A program made the translations under genes and the position numbers. A DNA stretch of 62,961 nucleotides, the filler included, from Rhabdomonas costata (lineage: Eukaryota): the NCBI GenBank assembly GCA_019059605.1. It is 32 parts of 32 records of this genome, joined end to end, with 100 filler letters (N's around TTAATTAATTAA, not from the genome) between each part and the next. Parts side by side here need not be neighbours in the genome. Positions count along the whole stretch, not along the records: positions 11,825 to 13,695 come from JAHMHO010007941.1; positions 13,796 to 15,666 come from JAHMHO010007942.1; positions 15,767 to 17,637 come from JAHMHO010007943.1; positions 17,738 to 19,602 come from JAHMHO010007944.1; positions 19,703 to 21,573 come from JAHMHO010007945.1; positions 21,674 to 23,544 come from JAHMHO010007946.1; positions 23,645 to 25,535 come from JAHMHO010007947.1; positions 25,636 to 27,505 come from JAHMHO010007948.1; 24 more parts are not named here. One strand, given 5' to 3'. The notes below the pieces were generated by a model. It was not told where the DNA came from. It saw only the letters and a program-made list of their open reading frames with translations, and ran no database searches. Shown here piece by piece: positions 13,301-26,570 of this stretch (positions are counted from its first letter, which is position 1; each line of letters starts with the position of its first letter).

Positions 13301-14296
13301 GCCATTTGGTGCTTGGCGGACGTTCCCTCCGAGAAATACGAGGAGAAGGAGAAGGAGATGGTGAGCCACGATGGGAATGAGGTGGGCGCGGTGTGGAGGC
13401 CACTGTGGATGCAGAAGTTGGCGAGAAAGTTGCGTGGATGCGGTGGGAGCGTGTGTGAACAACAACATCATCGCCGAAAGCCTGGATGTTGAGAGAATGC
13501 GGCGTGCGGATCCGTCACCATGTTGTTCGTTGAAGAGGCAGGACAGACACTACAGCGGGAAAGATGGTGCGTTGCTCGGGGGTCAGGGGGATCCGCACCA
13601 GATGTGCAAATGAGGCTTGGACACCAGATTAGTGTGAGAGGAGATGCGGCGGCGAGTAGACGACGCCGGCGAAAGTGCACCTTTTCCACACACAANNNNN
13701 NNNNNNNNNNNNNNNNNNNNNNNNNNNNNNNNNNNNNNNTTAATTAATTAANNNNNNNNNNNNNNNNNNNNNNNNNNNNNNNNNNNNNNNNNNNNTTTTG
13801 GGGGTTCTTTCGTGGGGCGGGGTGGTGGCTGTGGTGGAATTACTGCTATTCAACGTGTAGAGTCTTGAAGAACTATAGCAATACATCCTTCACCTCGCTC
13901 CCACCAATACTGCGGCTTCACTCCGACGACACACACACGTCAAGGCCTGTGCGAAGCTCCGCAGAGAAGGAGGTCATGAGGTGGTCCACCACAGCTCGCT
14001 CGCGGGCAAACCTTCCGTCCGGGCCGGCAAGGTGCTGAAAGCATTCGGTGGGCGGGCGGGTCGAGGAGGGGGGGACCCGGTTCACGGTGGAAGCAGAGGA
14101 AAGCCCACACTGAAAACGAAGGAAAGGCATGAGCCCTACAGACCCAACACGAATCAAGCCTCACACTTACACCAGTCAGGATCAAGCGGAATCGACCATC
14201 CCCCGAAGCAGGGCCGAGATGACGCGATGCCTTATCAATGATTGAACAAAAGACAAAAGACCCAAACGCCAAAGCCAAATCAACACACAGGCAAAC

Positions 14297-14822
14297 CTCC
14301 ACCGCAGCAGCAAAAGCAGTAGCCTCGGCAGCCTCCACGAGATCGTCCAACTCCACAAACTTGTCTTCTGGGAGCTGTGGCGCAGGAGAACAGAATGTGT
14401 ATCGAAACAAAGGGAGGAGAGCAGGTCCCAAGACAACTGCAGTCTAATTACAACAGTGATTACAAGCCACTCATCAGAACACCTACACGAGGACACAGAA
14501 CGCGAACCTGCGGTGGAAGGGCAAATCAAAATAGGAACCCAAAAGCAGTCGGAGGACCACTAAATCCAAACACGCACCTCAAGGTCGTCAGGGTGGTGGT
14601 GCTTCTCAAAAAATGGGTGCTGCATCGCCTCCCCCACGGTGACCCGCCGCCCAGGGCTGAACTGCAGCATCTCCCGCAGCAGATCTACCACGGCCGCGGG
14701 CACCGCAGACCCGTCTGGGCTGCGCAGCGCGCTGGCAAAGCTCTTGCCTGGACGTCCGCTCAAGTTCGCCTCGATATACTCCCGGGCGCACGGGCTGGCG
14801 ATCTCCTCCGAAGACGGAGTAC
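14297..14822 (-). CDS. MAPK/CMGC-like protein kinase, C-terminal exons 14822-14578 and 14374-14297
   Basis: GTPSSEEIASPCAREYI...AVVDLLREMLQFSPGRRVTVGEAMQHPFFEKHHHPDDLE = kinase subdomains X-XI with a MAPK-type HDPxDE-like tail; canonical junctions. Confidence 0.85.
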
Positions 14823-16829
14823 CTGAGCCAATGCATGTGCATCCTGCCCGAACTAAACAGCCTGTGGCACCGATGCTCAAACCGAGAACCGGGCAACGTA
14901 CAAGATGCGTACGCGCCCGTATTCGGACGGTGCCACGGTGGCTGCTGGGGTGGAACGCGCTATCCTCGGGGCCTTGGGTTTCCTGCTCGGTCCGGAGTGC
15001 TCCCCTCCCCCACACACTTAACTTGTCTCCCTGGTCAGTTGGGGAGGTTTGGAAATGTCCTTTCCGACAGTAGCGCATCCGGCGGCCTATCTGTCGTCCT
15101 GTTTTGCCACACCCTCCGCGACATTGATGCGTCTGTCCTCCCCCCAGATCAACTGGTAAACATCGCACCCTTCCTGCAGGCGCTGCCCTCGAAGGGTTGC
15201 GCCTTCAGCCACTGGGTGCACAACCGCCTTCCGCATGATTCTGCGAGGCTCGGACCCTCCAGCATTGGTGGACGCAGCAGCTCACCGAGGTCCGTGTCGC
15301 GGATTGGGAGTCAACCACCTCTGCTCGTTCCAGAGCCCTCAGACGCTTGGTGTCGTGCCCGTCAGCAGTCTGTCCTCCTTCTCAAACATGGTGTTCCCTG
15401 ATATCAGTCCTTCCTCCCTCAGTGGGTCGCCTGCTTCTTCTTTGGCGCCTGTTCCCCGGCGATCCCCCCCCCATCATGCTCCTGGCTGCACAGGCCCCAA
15501 AGACCCCTTCGGCGACCACGCCCCGCGCTGCGTGTGCACCAACTTCCATGCTCGGCACAACCGTGTGCGTGGATTGCGACTGTTATGCACATGCCATTGC
15601 TCTGCGAAGCCAAGAGGCGACCCCACACCCATCTCCGCTCACATTCCCATCCACTGTCCACCCACCNNNNNNNNNNNNNNNNNNNNNNNNNNNNNNNNNN
15701 NNNNNNNNNNTTAATTAATTAANNNNNNNNNNNNNNNNNNNNNNNNNNNNNNNNNNNNNNNNNNNNGGGGTTTGTTACCCGCGGTGTGGGTGCGCCCCAC
15801 GCTGTCCAGAACGGAGCATGTTGTTGTGCGGAACGTAACATTTATATTGTGCTAGTTGGGCCGAACTACCGGGTGGAGACGAGGCGTTGGGCTTAATTCG
15901 GACAGATTCTTGCGCCCGCACCGAACATCCAACGGCTTTGCGTGTGTCTGCCCTTGCCGGGAAAACGGCGCGGCGGTCCAACGGATTCTGACGAGGCGTC
16001 CGGAATAAGCCTATCGGGGCGGCAACCGGAGCCATAAAAGTTCGAACGATTCGCATGCTAAAACTTTGCCGTCAAAACGGGTTGCGTCCGCGCCAATTTG
16101 ATGCGACGTCATCGGTGATTGTTGCACACCCGCCCGTCTGATGCGTAAACTCAAAAATATTTCGACCTAACGATGGTCAGCGTCCGTTGCGTGCCACCTT
16201 TGGGCAATTTTACCTGACGTGCTTTCCGCCGTTGTGGAACTCTTCCAACCGCGACACGAAGTCACTTTCACGTGTGCTCCGGTCCCTACTCCTTTCACGC
16301 GGTCAAAACTTGCTGTGACGCGCCGCCAAACTGTAACCCGCCGACAAAAGACCCCCTACCGACGTGCGATGCGCAGTCGTGGGATCAAAGCCTGGAAGCC
16401 ATCCGGAACCAGCGTCTCTTGCGATGCGGTCGGTGCCTCTGCTGGGCGTTGCTACGCCGCGGCAACGTGTGTTGAAAGGAAGCCGGCGCTGAAGGATCGT
16501 GTGTTGCGACAGCCGGTAAATAATAGTAGTAGAAGTATGGTATGTAGGTGCGAACGGGGAGGCGCACAAGCCACACAGACAGAAGACAAGCGTGATGGAG
16601 AAAGGTTTGAGCAGTTAACGCTGGGAGTTCGACCAGGAATGCTAACACTACCGGATTATTATTCTTTTTCCCAACCGCCCCTATTCTTTTGCAACCACTA
16701 CCGGTTTTCTACCAAGAGAACTAACGCTGACAGCTTTGTTTCCTGAGCGGGTGGTCCCCGACGTTGAAGTTTCCACTGAAGAAGGATCAGACCCCCCGCC
16801 GCCGAGTCCACTACTGTTCCTACCGCTTA

Positions 16830-17637
16830 ACACTTGGAAAAAACATGTCGGACCTATTGGATCCAGGAGCTTCAGATTGCTTCATGAGCTAAGACCTAGT
16901 CACTGAACTGCAACTCCCTGGAAAGCGTCTGAAGCAGTTTTTGTCAGTTAGAGTTGCTAACGTACCCACGTTTGTTGTAGCACATATGTCTTGTGTTTCC
17001 TGATGGAGATGACACCCATGGCAGTCCTTCTCAACCTGGACTGTCGCCTCTGCCATCCGAAGATCAAAGGATAGATCAAATGCCCCCCACCGCATGTAGA
17101 ACAACCAATGGGACCGGCAATATTTGAACCTAACAGTGGACCAGCCTCCGAATTCTCCGCCTCAGCAGCAAGTGAACCTGCGGCGTCTGCCAGGGTCAAG
17201 GTAGAAATCCCCTCTAGTGGTGGAGCATTCACCTCCAGTGGTGGTGCATCCCCCTCCAGTGATGTAGCATCCCCTACAGTTGGGTAGCCTTCACCTCCAG
17301 TGGGGGAGCGCTCAGTCCACCGTTACCAGCTAACGACTACTTAGACGGAAACCCCTTTGACTTCGCACGTGAAGTTAGCAGCCAAACGCCTCTGATTCTG
17401 CAATACCATTGTCTCCAACGACACCACCTGTTCCAGAAAAACCTTTTGAGTTGCCTGCGTGGGACCATCCAGTACCTAACGCGCAACGAGTGCCATCACT
17501 AACGGAATCAGCACCCTTGCACTCTGTTGTTCCTGCGCCTCCAGGTCCACTACCTCCGGAGGATCTTCCTCCACTAACGGATGAGGATCACGATTCACCA
17601 CATTGGCACGAGTTGGATCCAAAGTCTACCCCACACA
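16830..17637 (+). mobile_element. Ty3/Gypsy LTR retrotransposon remnant (aspartic protease plus Pro/Ser linker)
   Basis: From about 16845: MSDLLDPGASDCFMS*DLVTELQLPGKRLKQFLSVRVAN, a decayed retropepsin LLDSGA motif with an in-frame stop; similar to LEKNVSALLDSGC near 33330. Confidence 0.7.
17208..17310 (+). repeat. About 21-bp degenerate tandem repeat (CCTCCAGTGGTGGxGCATxC-like, about 5 copies)
   Basis: cctctagtggtggagcattc / acctccagtggtggtgcatcc / ccctccagtgatgtagcatcc / cctacagttgggtagccttc / acctccagtggggg. Confidence 0.8.
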
Positions 17638-20600
17638 NNNNNNNNNNNNNNNNNNNNNNNNNNNNNNNNNNNNNNNNNNNNTTAATTAATTAANNNNNNN
17701 NNNNNNNNNNNNNNNNNNNNNNNNNNNNNNNNNNNNNTGCTGTTGTTTAATCTGCCACAGGAACAAAATAAGTGCAACAATATTGAAGCACACGTAATTC
17801 AAGCCCAACAGCTGACTACTACTAACATCGGTCTTCACACTTTCCAGCAAGTGATGAGACTCAAGTCCCTTCCAGACTCGCGGCAAATCCCTAAGATTTG
17901 ATTTCACAAATAAAGTAACAAAACAAACTGTCCGGAGCATTTTCAACTTAGAGTTGGAGTGAGATGGAGTTGAAGTGGTATCATGTAGTAAGACTGCTGC
18001 ATTTACATGTGATCGGTATATTACAAAGTTTTCATACGTATGATTACGTTCTGTACGGAAGTTTATCGTCAACCCGACGGAATGAAACCCGGCTCTAAGA
18101 AGTGATTACGACTTTTATGCCCGGCAATGGTGGAGCGTAACTGTGCCGCTTGTACAGAGCAACTTGGTCGCGCACCAACACCCAACGTCTCGTTACTAAC
18201 GTCGCGTATTCTTAGGGCCAAAAGGAACACCGCGAACTTCCGAGCAACTGGATGTCAGATGGACACCTTCTGTCAATGCAGGTTACCGTTGCGCCACGTC
18301 GCGCCTGGTTGCTGGTGGCTTCGATGGGCTCTGCAAACAGGCCACAGCACAACAGAGACACCCGCACAGGGCTAGGCACTGGTAGTGACATATAACGTCT
18401 CAATTCCACGGTGGAAACTCTGCAGGTCTTCAACTTAATTCTAGAAGTATTTAATGAATAAGGGTGGAAGAGGCGGTCGTACTGTTTTGGGCCTCACCAC
18501 GCTTTCCCTTGAAGGGGCTCCATACATCTGCGTGTGGTCTGTATTAGGTGCATTACGCGCAGGCGACTGTCTGAGATGGGGACACTGGGGGCAACGGGCA
18601 CCCCGATAGCCGGAACCAGGCCTCAACAAAGCATCAAAATACACATACCAGAATACGACCCCCAATGCCAGAAGAGGACATGCAACCGCACACCAGCACA
18701 AACACACGAACACAAAGACGCCACGAAATGAGACACCCGGTCATCGGCGCGTCCGCCCACCGCCGAGGACCGAGAAGGAGTTCAAATAACAAAGCGGGGT
18801 TAAAATTGTTCGAACGCTTTGTTTTGGGCAGAAGAACTGATGAATCCACAAGCATAGGGGAAATCCAGTTGAAAAACATGGTTTTTACAGGTTAGTTAAA
18901 AAAGGGCCTGGTCGGGGTTCCATCCATTTGATTGTCCATCATCAGCGAGAAGTTAAAACATGACCGTACAAGTTGCAACAGGGCAGATTTGCAACCACTG
19001 CAGAATTGGGTTTGAACCCGCGGAGCTAAAAAAACGTTAGGTGACGAAGTGCAGGGTAAGCGTAAATACCAGATGCTAGTTACTGGGTGCCAGCTTAGTG
19101 CTCTTCTACGGCCCAGCCGCGTTCGGTGCGACTGTTAAGGATTAGGACTCGGCGGGTGAACGGCACACCGCTTAAGAGGATTTGGGGATGGTTGACACCA
19201 AAGAAATATTACAAATAAAAAAGATGATTTGGAAATCAACTCACACACCCCTTTAGAACGCACAAAAATATAAAGAAAACAAATTTTTGGAGTGGTTCCC
19301 CTGATGTCTCGCTCATTTTGTGACCTGATGGACCTTGTGCCCGACTGACTTGTTGCGGCTCTTTTTCCTGCTTGCATTGTTCTCCTCGGAGGCCGCCTGG
19401 ATTGACGAGCGCCTTCGTCCCCTTGGCGCCGCGGTGGGTAATTTTATCCCGATGCCTTGTTCAGGATTGAACCGAGCAGCGGTCCGAATCCCTCGGTCTT
19501 GGCTTCCCCGTCTGACATTGGGAGGACCGTCACCCCCCCCCCCCAATGTCAGAAACCCATCCTTCTCCTTGCCCGGAAACACATATGCCCAACAACACAC
19601 AANNNNNNNNNNNNNNNNNNNNNNNNNNNNNNNNNNNNNNNNNNNNTTAATTAATTAANNNNNNNNNNNNNNNNNNNNNNNNNNNNNNNNNNNNNNNNNN
19701 NNGGGGTTGTTTTTAGAATCGTTCACGCTTGGATGCATGGAATATGGTATCTCTGTATGCATGTGTCCTGAAGGCTGTTGCTGAGCTCTCTTTGTAGCCT
19801 AAACTGTTTACATTGCATGTTTTTAGAGTTGACAGAAGGTTGTGGCTTTGCCATTGTTTTTGTACTGTCAATGTATTTAGTGGTTTTTTGTGATTGCTAT
19901 GCACCGATGCCAGGTCTTCACTCAGTGGGTGTTAAATCTTCCTTTGACCACTTTGGACCTTCCTCGAAAAAAAAAAGGCTGACGGTTGTTCACTTGCTCT
20001 CGCAAAATGTTCGCGCATTCAACGATGGTGACGATGGTGGTCTTGTGGCACACTACCTTTGAAAGATCGCAGGTATTTTCTGATTTTCTTCTCAAACACG
20101 CGAAAGTTTCACTAGTCAGCGACGTTGTTCTGTGTCTGTTGCCATGTGCCGTTTCCACCAGGTTGTGTCATTTCTCTCGCTATGATCACCATGTGTTTGT
20201 AGTCAGATTGTTGGGAAGGTCAGCACGTTTCACCTCACAATTCAAACTCCGTAATGTTCCTTTGGGTTTAATGTGATGATGTCACCTCAAAAAAAACGAT
20301 ATGCCCCATTTTTGAGACCCCGCTTTTCTCATATCCCAGACCTTGTTGGCGTCACACTGTCTTGGGTGGGTCTCATAGTCCGAAAACGACCTCAGGACCC
20401 CCCCCCCCCGGGGGGTTTTGGTGATCAAATCCCCGCCTCCACGGATCATCGCGGAGCCATAACCAGTGCCCATCAACGAAGAGCAAGAAGCCAACTCTTT
20501 TGTGTCAAAGTCAAGGAACACCACAAAGCTTCGGGTGGTGCAGTTTAGGTAGGCATTAACTTCTGTGGCGTGTTTTGTGCGGTTTTAGCCGTGTGGGCTG

Positions 20601-21001
20601 CTCACACGTGTAATTTTCAGCTTTCTGTTTTCTGTTGTTGACAGCATTGCAAATATTTCAGAATGGGAATTACGAATGATATTATCGTTAGCGCTTTAGA
20701 AAGAGAGAGCGATGAGGAGGAGAGTATATATATTTCAATCGAAATTCCTCCTGTGTAGTGACAAAGTGCATGACTTGGCCAATGCATTTTGCTTACAAAC
20801 TCCGGTGAGAGCTAAATCAAATGCGTGCACAATAAAAAATCGTTCAAAGATACAGGCGAGGATTTTTTTGACGAGGTGGTTCGACTTGGCGAGTTTTCGA
20901 CTTCACAACTGGTTTGACGGGCGTTCTTTGCAGTCTCTTTTGTCTAATTTCGGAGCTTTTAGCTCCTGTACTCTTTTCCAAGTGGGCTCGACTCCGCTGC
21001 G

Positions 21002-21573
21002 ATGTTTCGTACGCGCGCTTTCGCAGTGGTGCTCCAAAATGTCCGCATGGCAAAGGTTAGAGCCAAGCATTCGTTTGCTTCGGATGTGTTTTTCGACACA
21101 ACGGAGGAGCTCTCCTTTCCGCTCGGGCAGAGCTTGGCTCATCTTCCTGCTGTCAAAGAGGCCACAATTCCGACCCTTGACTCTAGAGGATTGGTTCTCC
21201 AGCTGAATGCCATGGTCCACACGTACCCTTCGGAGGACGAGGAGCGTTTTCTACGGCTCTTGGAAGTTGCGTGGTGTCGGGCCATGGGTGTCCGCAATGA
21301 GCTTTCATCTTCAGATTCTGAGGGAAGTGCGTCAAAGCATCGCTTGTTAGAAAATCTCGCAGCGTCCTGGAACCCAGAAGCCGGGATTCCGACAACCACC
21401 GAGCGGTTTCCCAAAGCAATGATGCTTTTTGCCGTGCTTTCTCTGAGGAACCTTTCACGAGAACAGCTAGCTCCGATGCTGAAGACATGCATGAGAGACA
21501 CCGGTGCTTTCGCACTGGATGATGAGGATGAAGAGCTTCGAGAAGAGTTGAAAAGGTTAGCTACCCCCCCAAC
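21002..21573 (+). CDS. Hypothetical protein, 3'-truncated; possible mitochondrial presequence
   Basis: About 190 uninterrupted codons from ATG; basic/hydrophobic N-terminus MFRTRAFAVVLQNVRMAKVRAK; helical-looking composition; no family recognised. Confidence 0.5.
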
Positions 21574-22025
21574 NNNNNNNNNNNNNNNNNNNNNNNNNNN
21601 NNNNNNNNNNNNNNNNNTTAATTAATTAANNNNNNNNNNNNNNNNNNNNNNNNNNNNNNNNNNNNNNNNNNNNGGTTGTGTTTATTTGGATTGGGTAGGA
21701 ACTTTTTCGCACTGTATACACGCTTCTCGATAGAGAGGGCGAGCAGCGGTCTTTGACGTATTGAACGAGACAGGGGGGAAAGAGTTTGCGGAAAATAGAT
21801 GGAGGCATGCGGAAAGGATGGGGAGGGGACAGAGTTGGGGCAGGAGCGAGGGGAATGTTTTGAAAAGGATGAAGTGCTCGCTTTCCGTATCGCTGCCCCT
21901 CGGAATCAAAGTTGTGAGCTACTGACCCGTCGGAATCGCCTCCAGTTCAGCCGGCGTCGCATTGCACTCCCTCGTTTGGACAAGTGCTAAAAATATACTT
22001 TTCTCTTTTCTTTTTATTTTTTACG

Positions 22026-23457
22026 ATGCCCCTCCCGAAACTTCTGAGTCCCACTGTCCTGCACTTCGAGAAGGAGCTCGGGCGGGTCCTGACGGAGGAG
22101 GAGATGGAGCTGCTCTCACAGCTTGCCCCACGGGGCCTTGCCAAGGTCAACACTGACATTTCCCGAGGTTTGTGTGTTCCTCTCGCGCCCAATGACGGGA
22201 ACTGTGAGGTTAGAAAGGTAAAGGTGTGAGTACTCCAGGGAGAAGACCAGCGGAGAAATGTCACAGAGGAGTAGTGCATGTGTGTTCTTTGGGGGACCCT
22301 AAAGAAAGAGGTGCACGCCAAACACACGTTGCCTTTGGGCTAATTTGCGCAGTGTGCGAGTGGTTTGACATCTAGCGGTTTTCTTTTTTCATCTTTCATT
22401 CTTGTACATTTTCTGTGCTCCTTGAAACAGTGGCCAAAAATTCAGGGGTTCGCACAGCCTTACATTCCTGACCCGCTCAACTGCAACCGCGCCACGGTTG
22501 TTGCTCGCGTGTTTTGTTGGGTAGAGCACCACCCCAAACCCAAAGGGATCCCCGCGGCGGACACACTGTGCTGCCTGGAGCTCGCGCGGCACCTCAAGAG
22601 GCTCCGGGTCAGCCTGCTGTGGTCGAAGCTCCCGCGGGAAGCCACAGAGCTTTTGTACGGCCTCCGACGTCCCGTGACTGCCGCAGAGCTGAACCTCCTC
22701 GCCCGGGCCAACCAGCTATCTCTTAGCGTGGAGCTCTTCCGCCGGCAGCGGCAGGTCTGATTCTCCTCACCACCACCACCATTTAAATCCCCACCGCTGT
22801 GCTTTGACAGCTGCCGTCAACAAGTGATTTGTGCGGGTCGTTTTATACGCGGCAATGGTGAGCTGGATCGGTTACGGACGCACAGCGTCCTTCCAGTGGG
22901 TATGTGAATTCGGGTCTCAGTATTTTTTCTGTTCTGTCTGTTTTGTGTGTTCTGTCTATGAATGCCCCTCTGCCCCATTCATGTTGCATTTGAGGTGTAG
23001 TGATGGCACACAGAGACTTTTTGATCACACCAACTGTCGCTGACAACTTGTGTTGCAAACATTGTTCACTGTCCAGCAAATAAAAAAACAAAGAGAGCAC
23101 CGAGGCTTTATTGTCGCGAGAATGTGTTGGGATGGTATCTTCAAAAGAAAAAGTGGATGGGGGCTTTTCCTGCAGGGAGAGCTCTTGGAGGACATCCTGG
23201 GGGAGCTGGCGGAAGAGTTTGAGTTCCAGCAGCCCCATCTCGAGGCCTCGTCGCAGACCAGCTTGAGCGGGGCCCGGGTGAAGGTCTGCCCCCTGTCCCC
23301 CACGAAGGTCAACGAAGGGCTGTCCCTGGAGGCCCTTCTGTCGGGAATGGACCTGCGGTTCCAGCAGGGCAAGATGGTGGTGACGGAGACCCCCTCGGCA
23401 TGCTGGTTCACCGAAGGAGCAGCGGAGGCTCCCACGCCCAAATCCCCGGCCCTCTTG
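22026..23457 (+). CDS. Hypothetical protein; exons 22026-22167, 22525-22754, 23176-23457
   Basis: Three GC3-rich blocks joined in frame by GT-AG junctions (phase 1, then phase 0); no family recognised. Confidence 0.65.
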
Positions 23458-23645
23458 GTGTGTTGATGCGTTCCCTCCCTCACAATCTTTTTCCGTCACA
23501 AATTCATGGATCATGGATCTACTGAACGTTGCACACCCCCCCACNNNNNNNNNNNNNNNNNNNNNNNNNNNNNNNNNNNNNNNNNNNNTTAATTAATTAA
23601 NNNNNNNNNNNNNNNNNNNNNNNNNNNNNNNNNNNNNNNNNNNNG

Positions 23646-23646
<1 letters not shown>

Positions 23647-23685
<39 letters not shown>
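23647..23685. repeat. (GT)n microsatellite
   Basis: Perfect TG run at the contig start. Confidence 0.95.
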
Positions 23686-23688
<3 letters not shown>

Positions 23689-23748
23689 GGGGTGCCGTCA
23701 ATGAAACTTACCGAAACAATTCTCTGCACCTTGAGCCGTTTTGGGCAG

Positions 23749-25430
23749 CTGCGCTCCGCAGCCCAAGACATTGTGGATACTCTTCATCGTGCCTCTCCCC
23801 TGCAAATTCTCAGGGGCTCACGGGTTCGGGGGAGTTGGAGCGGGAGAAAAGAAAAGTTAGTTGGGTTCAAGCGCCCGCGTGCGCATATATTTTGCAGCCT
23901 AACAGTGAGCTCCACCGCGGAGAAGCTTTCGGAGCTGGCGACGGCCTCCGCCGTGGCTCTGCTGTCGGGAATGGACTGCGAGCGGTCCCGGGTGGACCTA
24001 GACACCCTAGGCCCCGCTTTAGTCGGGGTAGTAGGGGAGCAGGCCATGGAGCTCCAGCTCGCCGACTCCACCATTGTGGAAGGTGTTGTGGAAGCATTGC
24101 AGCGAGAGCTGCTGGAGGTCCCCTTCCGCCGCCGCCGTCCCACGCCTGCTCCCGCTCTCCCGTGGCGACACACGAATTGGGGTTGTTTTGGGACGTAGGG
24201 GTGTTGGACTTCACTGGAAGTGCCTGTGCCTCCGTCGGATGAATTTGTGTTTGGCAATCCAATTTTATTGCGTTTGAGCTTGCTGGTAGGACGAACAGAC
24301 TTTGAGGAGCGCATAGAGGTGAAGGAGAGCATTGAGGAAATGAAAGCACGAGGCGCGAATCCGATAAGTGCTCGCACGGAATGCCCCCACACACTGCTGT
24401 CAGACGTGGGGACAGCTCACCAGATCACCAGACAATAGGCCAGGACTCTACGAATACCCCCGACGCGTCCCACGATTATATGCAGAAAACCAACGAACGA
24501 AACTCTGTGTCCTCACTCACTCAACACTCGCCCAACATTGGGGCCAGAATCCTTGTAAGGATATGGTCCATAAAAGGAAAAAGATGTCCCTCACAAAGGC
24601 GCACGCTGGCTTGGTGTTTAAACCCAACTTAGTTTGAAGTAAGGGGGTGGATGCTCACCATGCAACAGACCAAGAACCAGGATCCACCGCTCATCTAGGC
24701 GTACATTCATGTGTCAGGGCGAACGTGCTCAGCAGTATTTAGAATTCGAGGGCGAGGTGCTTCCTGCTCCTTCTGTCAAGTTTGGTCCTCTTTCGACAAG
24801 TTCTTTCTTGCGGATGAGGTCAATGATTACACAGTAATGCCAGCCGCTGCGGGTCACCAAAAACCGCCCGTCTCAGGACCAGCAAAAACATGCAAAAAAA
24901 AGTGCTTTTCACGCCGAAAATTTCAGGGAGGGTCGAAAATGAAATGGAACAGTGCAAACGAGTGGAAGAAAGTTGTCATTTGGTTTTACGGAAGCAAAGC
25001 AAACCCAAGACCAAGGTGGACAGAAAACACCGCACAGCAGGGTACAAACAGGTAAGGGCGCTGCACCGGCGCCAAGTGCACGTTCGGACTTAGTGCGCAT
25101 TTGAGGAACAGCAAATCTGACATTGGGGCTGACACGCGAAGTGTAGGAACAGGCGGGCGGGTGATGGTGATGGAGGCGGACGAACGACAAAGAGCGGTAC
25201 TGCATCTCATGACGACTGTGCAGATGTGTGCCGCTGTGGTGCGGCGCGGCTCTTTGTCTCATATTATGGCTGAGATTGTTGGCTGCTGGTGCCCGTTTGC
25301 ACAGGTTGTGGGGCAAAGGGTCACGGAGCACTATCGCGACCGCCTACGCGGCGCCGATCTGAGTGTGGTGTGGAGCTACGTGCAGTACCATGCCCACCGC
25401 GTGCTGAACGGCCTGCTGCGCTGCGTGGAG
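23749..25430 (+). CDS. Hypothetical multi-exon protein (exon limits approximate)
   Basis: GC3-rich blocks with AG/GT flanks, e.g. SSTAEKLSELATASAVALLSG...LQRELLE (about 23906-24117) and VVGQRVTEHYRDRL...LLRCVE (about 25305-25430). Confidence 0.5.
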
Positions 25431-26139
25431 GTGCACCTCCTTCTGCGCCTTCCGCCTTCCGCATTTGCATTGCAATAGATGCCTTTAGCCGAAGTTCGCA
25501 TGTGGGCTGTTGGAAACCAAACGAGCAAACCAACANNNNNNNNNNNNNNNNNNNNNNNNNNNNNNNNNNNNNNNNNNNNTTAATTAATTAANNNNNNNNN
25601 NNNNNNNNNNNNNNNNNNNNNNNNNNNNNNNNNNNCGGACAACGCCGTAGTTTCCAAACCGCGGCATGATCTGGCTGGTTGACCGTGGCAGGCTTTTGAG
25701 GGGCTAAGCTCCGACCCCCAAACTGCCCAAAAAGCCCCGTTGGTCAACTTGGGTGCCCAGCGACCGACAAGGTCATACGAATTCACTCGTTTACCTACGG
25801 CTTCCAGCCTCCCAAAAGGAGAAGAACGGCGAAACAACACGTCTACGACCGCATTTTGCCTCCGGCCACCTATCTGCGATGCTTCCGCCCTAGCAACCTC
25901 CAGTCGTTCCGCTCAAAGCTGTTTGCAGAATGTCCGGGCCATGTCCGGTGGTGGTCCAATTTTGTTGTCACAATTCCGGGGGGGGGGCGCGTTGCGGAAA
26001 ATGCCCCACCTGCAGAAAACCAGCACCACTATAGTTATCCACACTTATGTGCGACCAGTCTTGCCGATTACGTTGCATGCTTGTAAGGCACTCCTTTACC
26101 TGTGTACTCCCCGTGTGTGGCAGAGGATTTCTTTTGCCG

Positions 26140-26280
26140 ATGCTTACGCTTCACGATGTCCAAGAGATTGTGAATGATGGTCGAAAACTGAGGCAATGGC
26201 TCAGCAAATACAAGATTGTTGTGCCTACTGCAGCTGAATGCCCAAAATGTGGTGCGAGAATGCGGTTTGCGGCAGGCTAT
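26140..26280 (+). mobile_element. Merlin/IS1595-like transposase N-terminal stub
   Basis: MLTLHDVQEIVNDGRKLRQWLSKYKIVVPTAAECPKCGARM resembles the 'WL....L+....CxxC...M' zinc-ribbon start of Merlin/IS1595 transposases; no DDE core follows. Confidence 0.5.
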
Positions 26281-26304
26281 TGCTATAATACACCAGTATA
26301 GCTA

Positions 26305-26570
26305 TTACTCGTGTTCCCTGGGATCCCAATAAGAGCTTTTGCAGGGGGTTAGAGGGCAATGAACGTGTTTCGTGGGATTCCAATAGAAGATTTTGCCCGT
26401 TTGAAACGGTGCGAGCACATTCGGGACGGCTATTTTCAGTGATTGTGCATCTCTATTCATTCCCTTTATTCAGAAAAAGGGGGTTAGGACACTGTGCATG
26501 CTTCAGGATTTCCGAAAAACAGCATGCAGGGGGTTGGGAAGCCTTGCTCGTGCTCCCACTTAGGGGGAGT
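26305..26570 (+). repeat. Degenerate ~55-bp minisatellite (same family as 45448-45700)
   Basis: ctcgtgttccctgggatcccaataagagcttttgcagggggttagagggcaatgaacgtgt aligns with the 45448 unit; further GGGGGTT(A/G)G cores near 26479 and 26529. Confidence 0.8.

Noticed and set aside
16719..16755. AACTAACGCT, matching the start of the kinetoplastid spliced leader
   Set aside because: Only 10 nt match; the remainder does not resemble an SL exon, and it lies beside a Gypsy remnant. Plausibly chance.
18836..18870. CTGATGA...GAAA hammerhead-like pair
   Set aside because: Stem II does not close and stems I and III are not evident.
19005..19030. Minus-strand GGGTTCAAACCC resembling a tRNA T-loop
   Set aside because: No acceptor stem, D-arm or anticodon arm can be formed. 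I found no supportable tRNA, rRNA or snRNA gene in the window.
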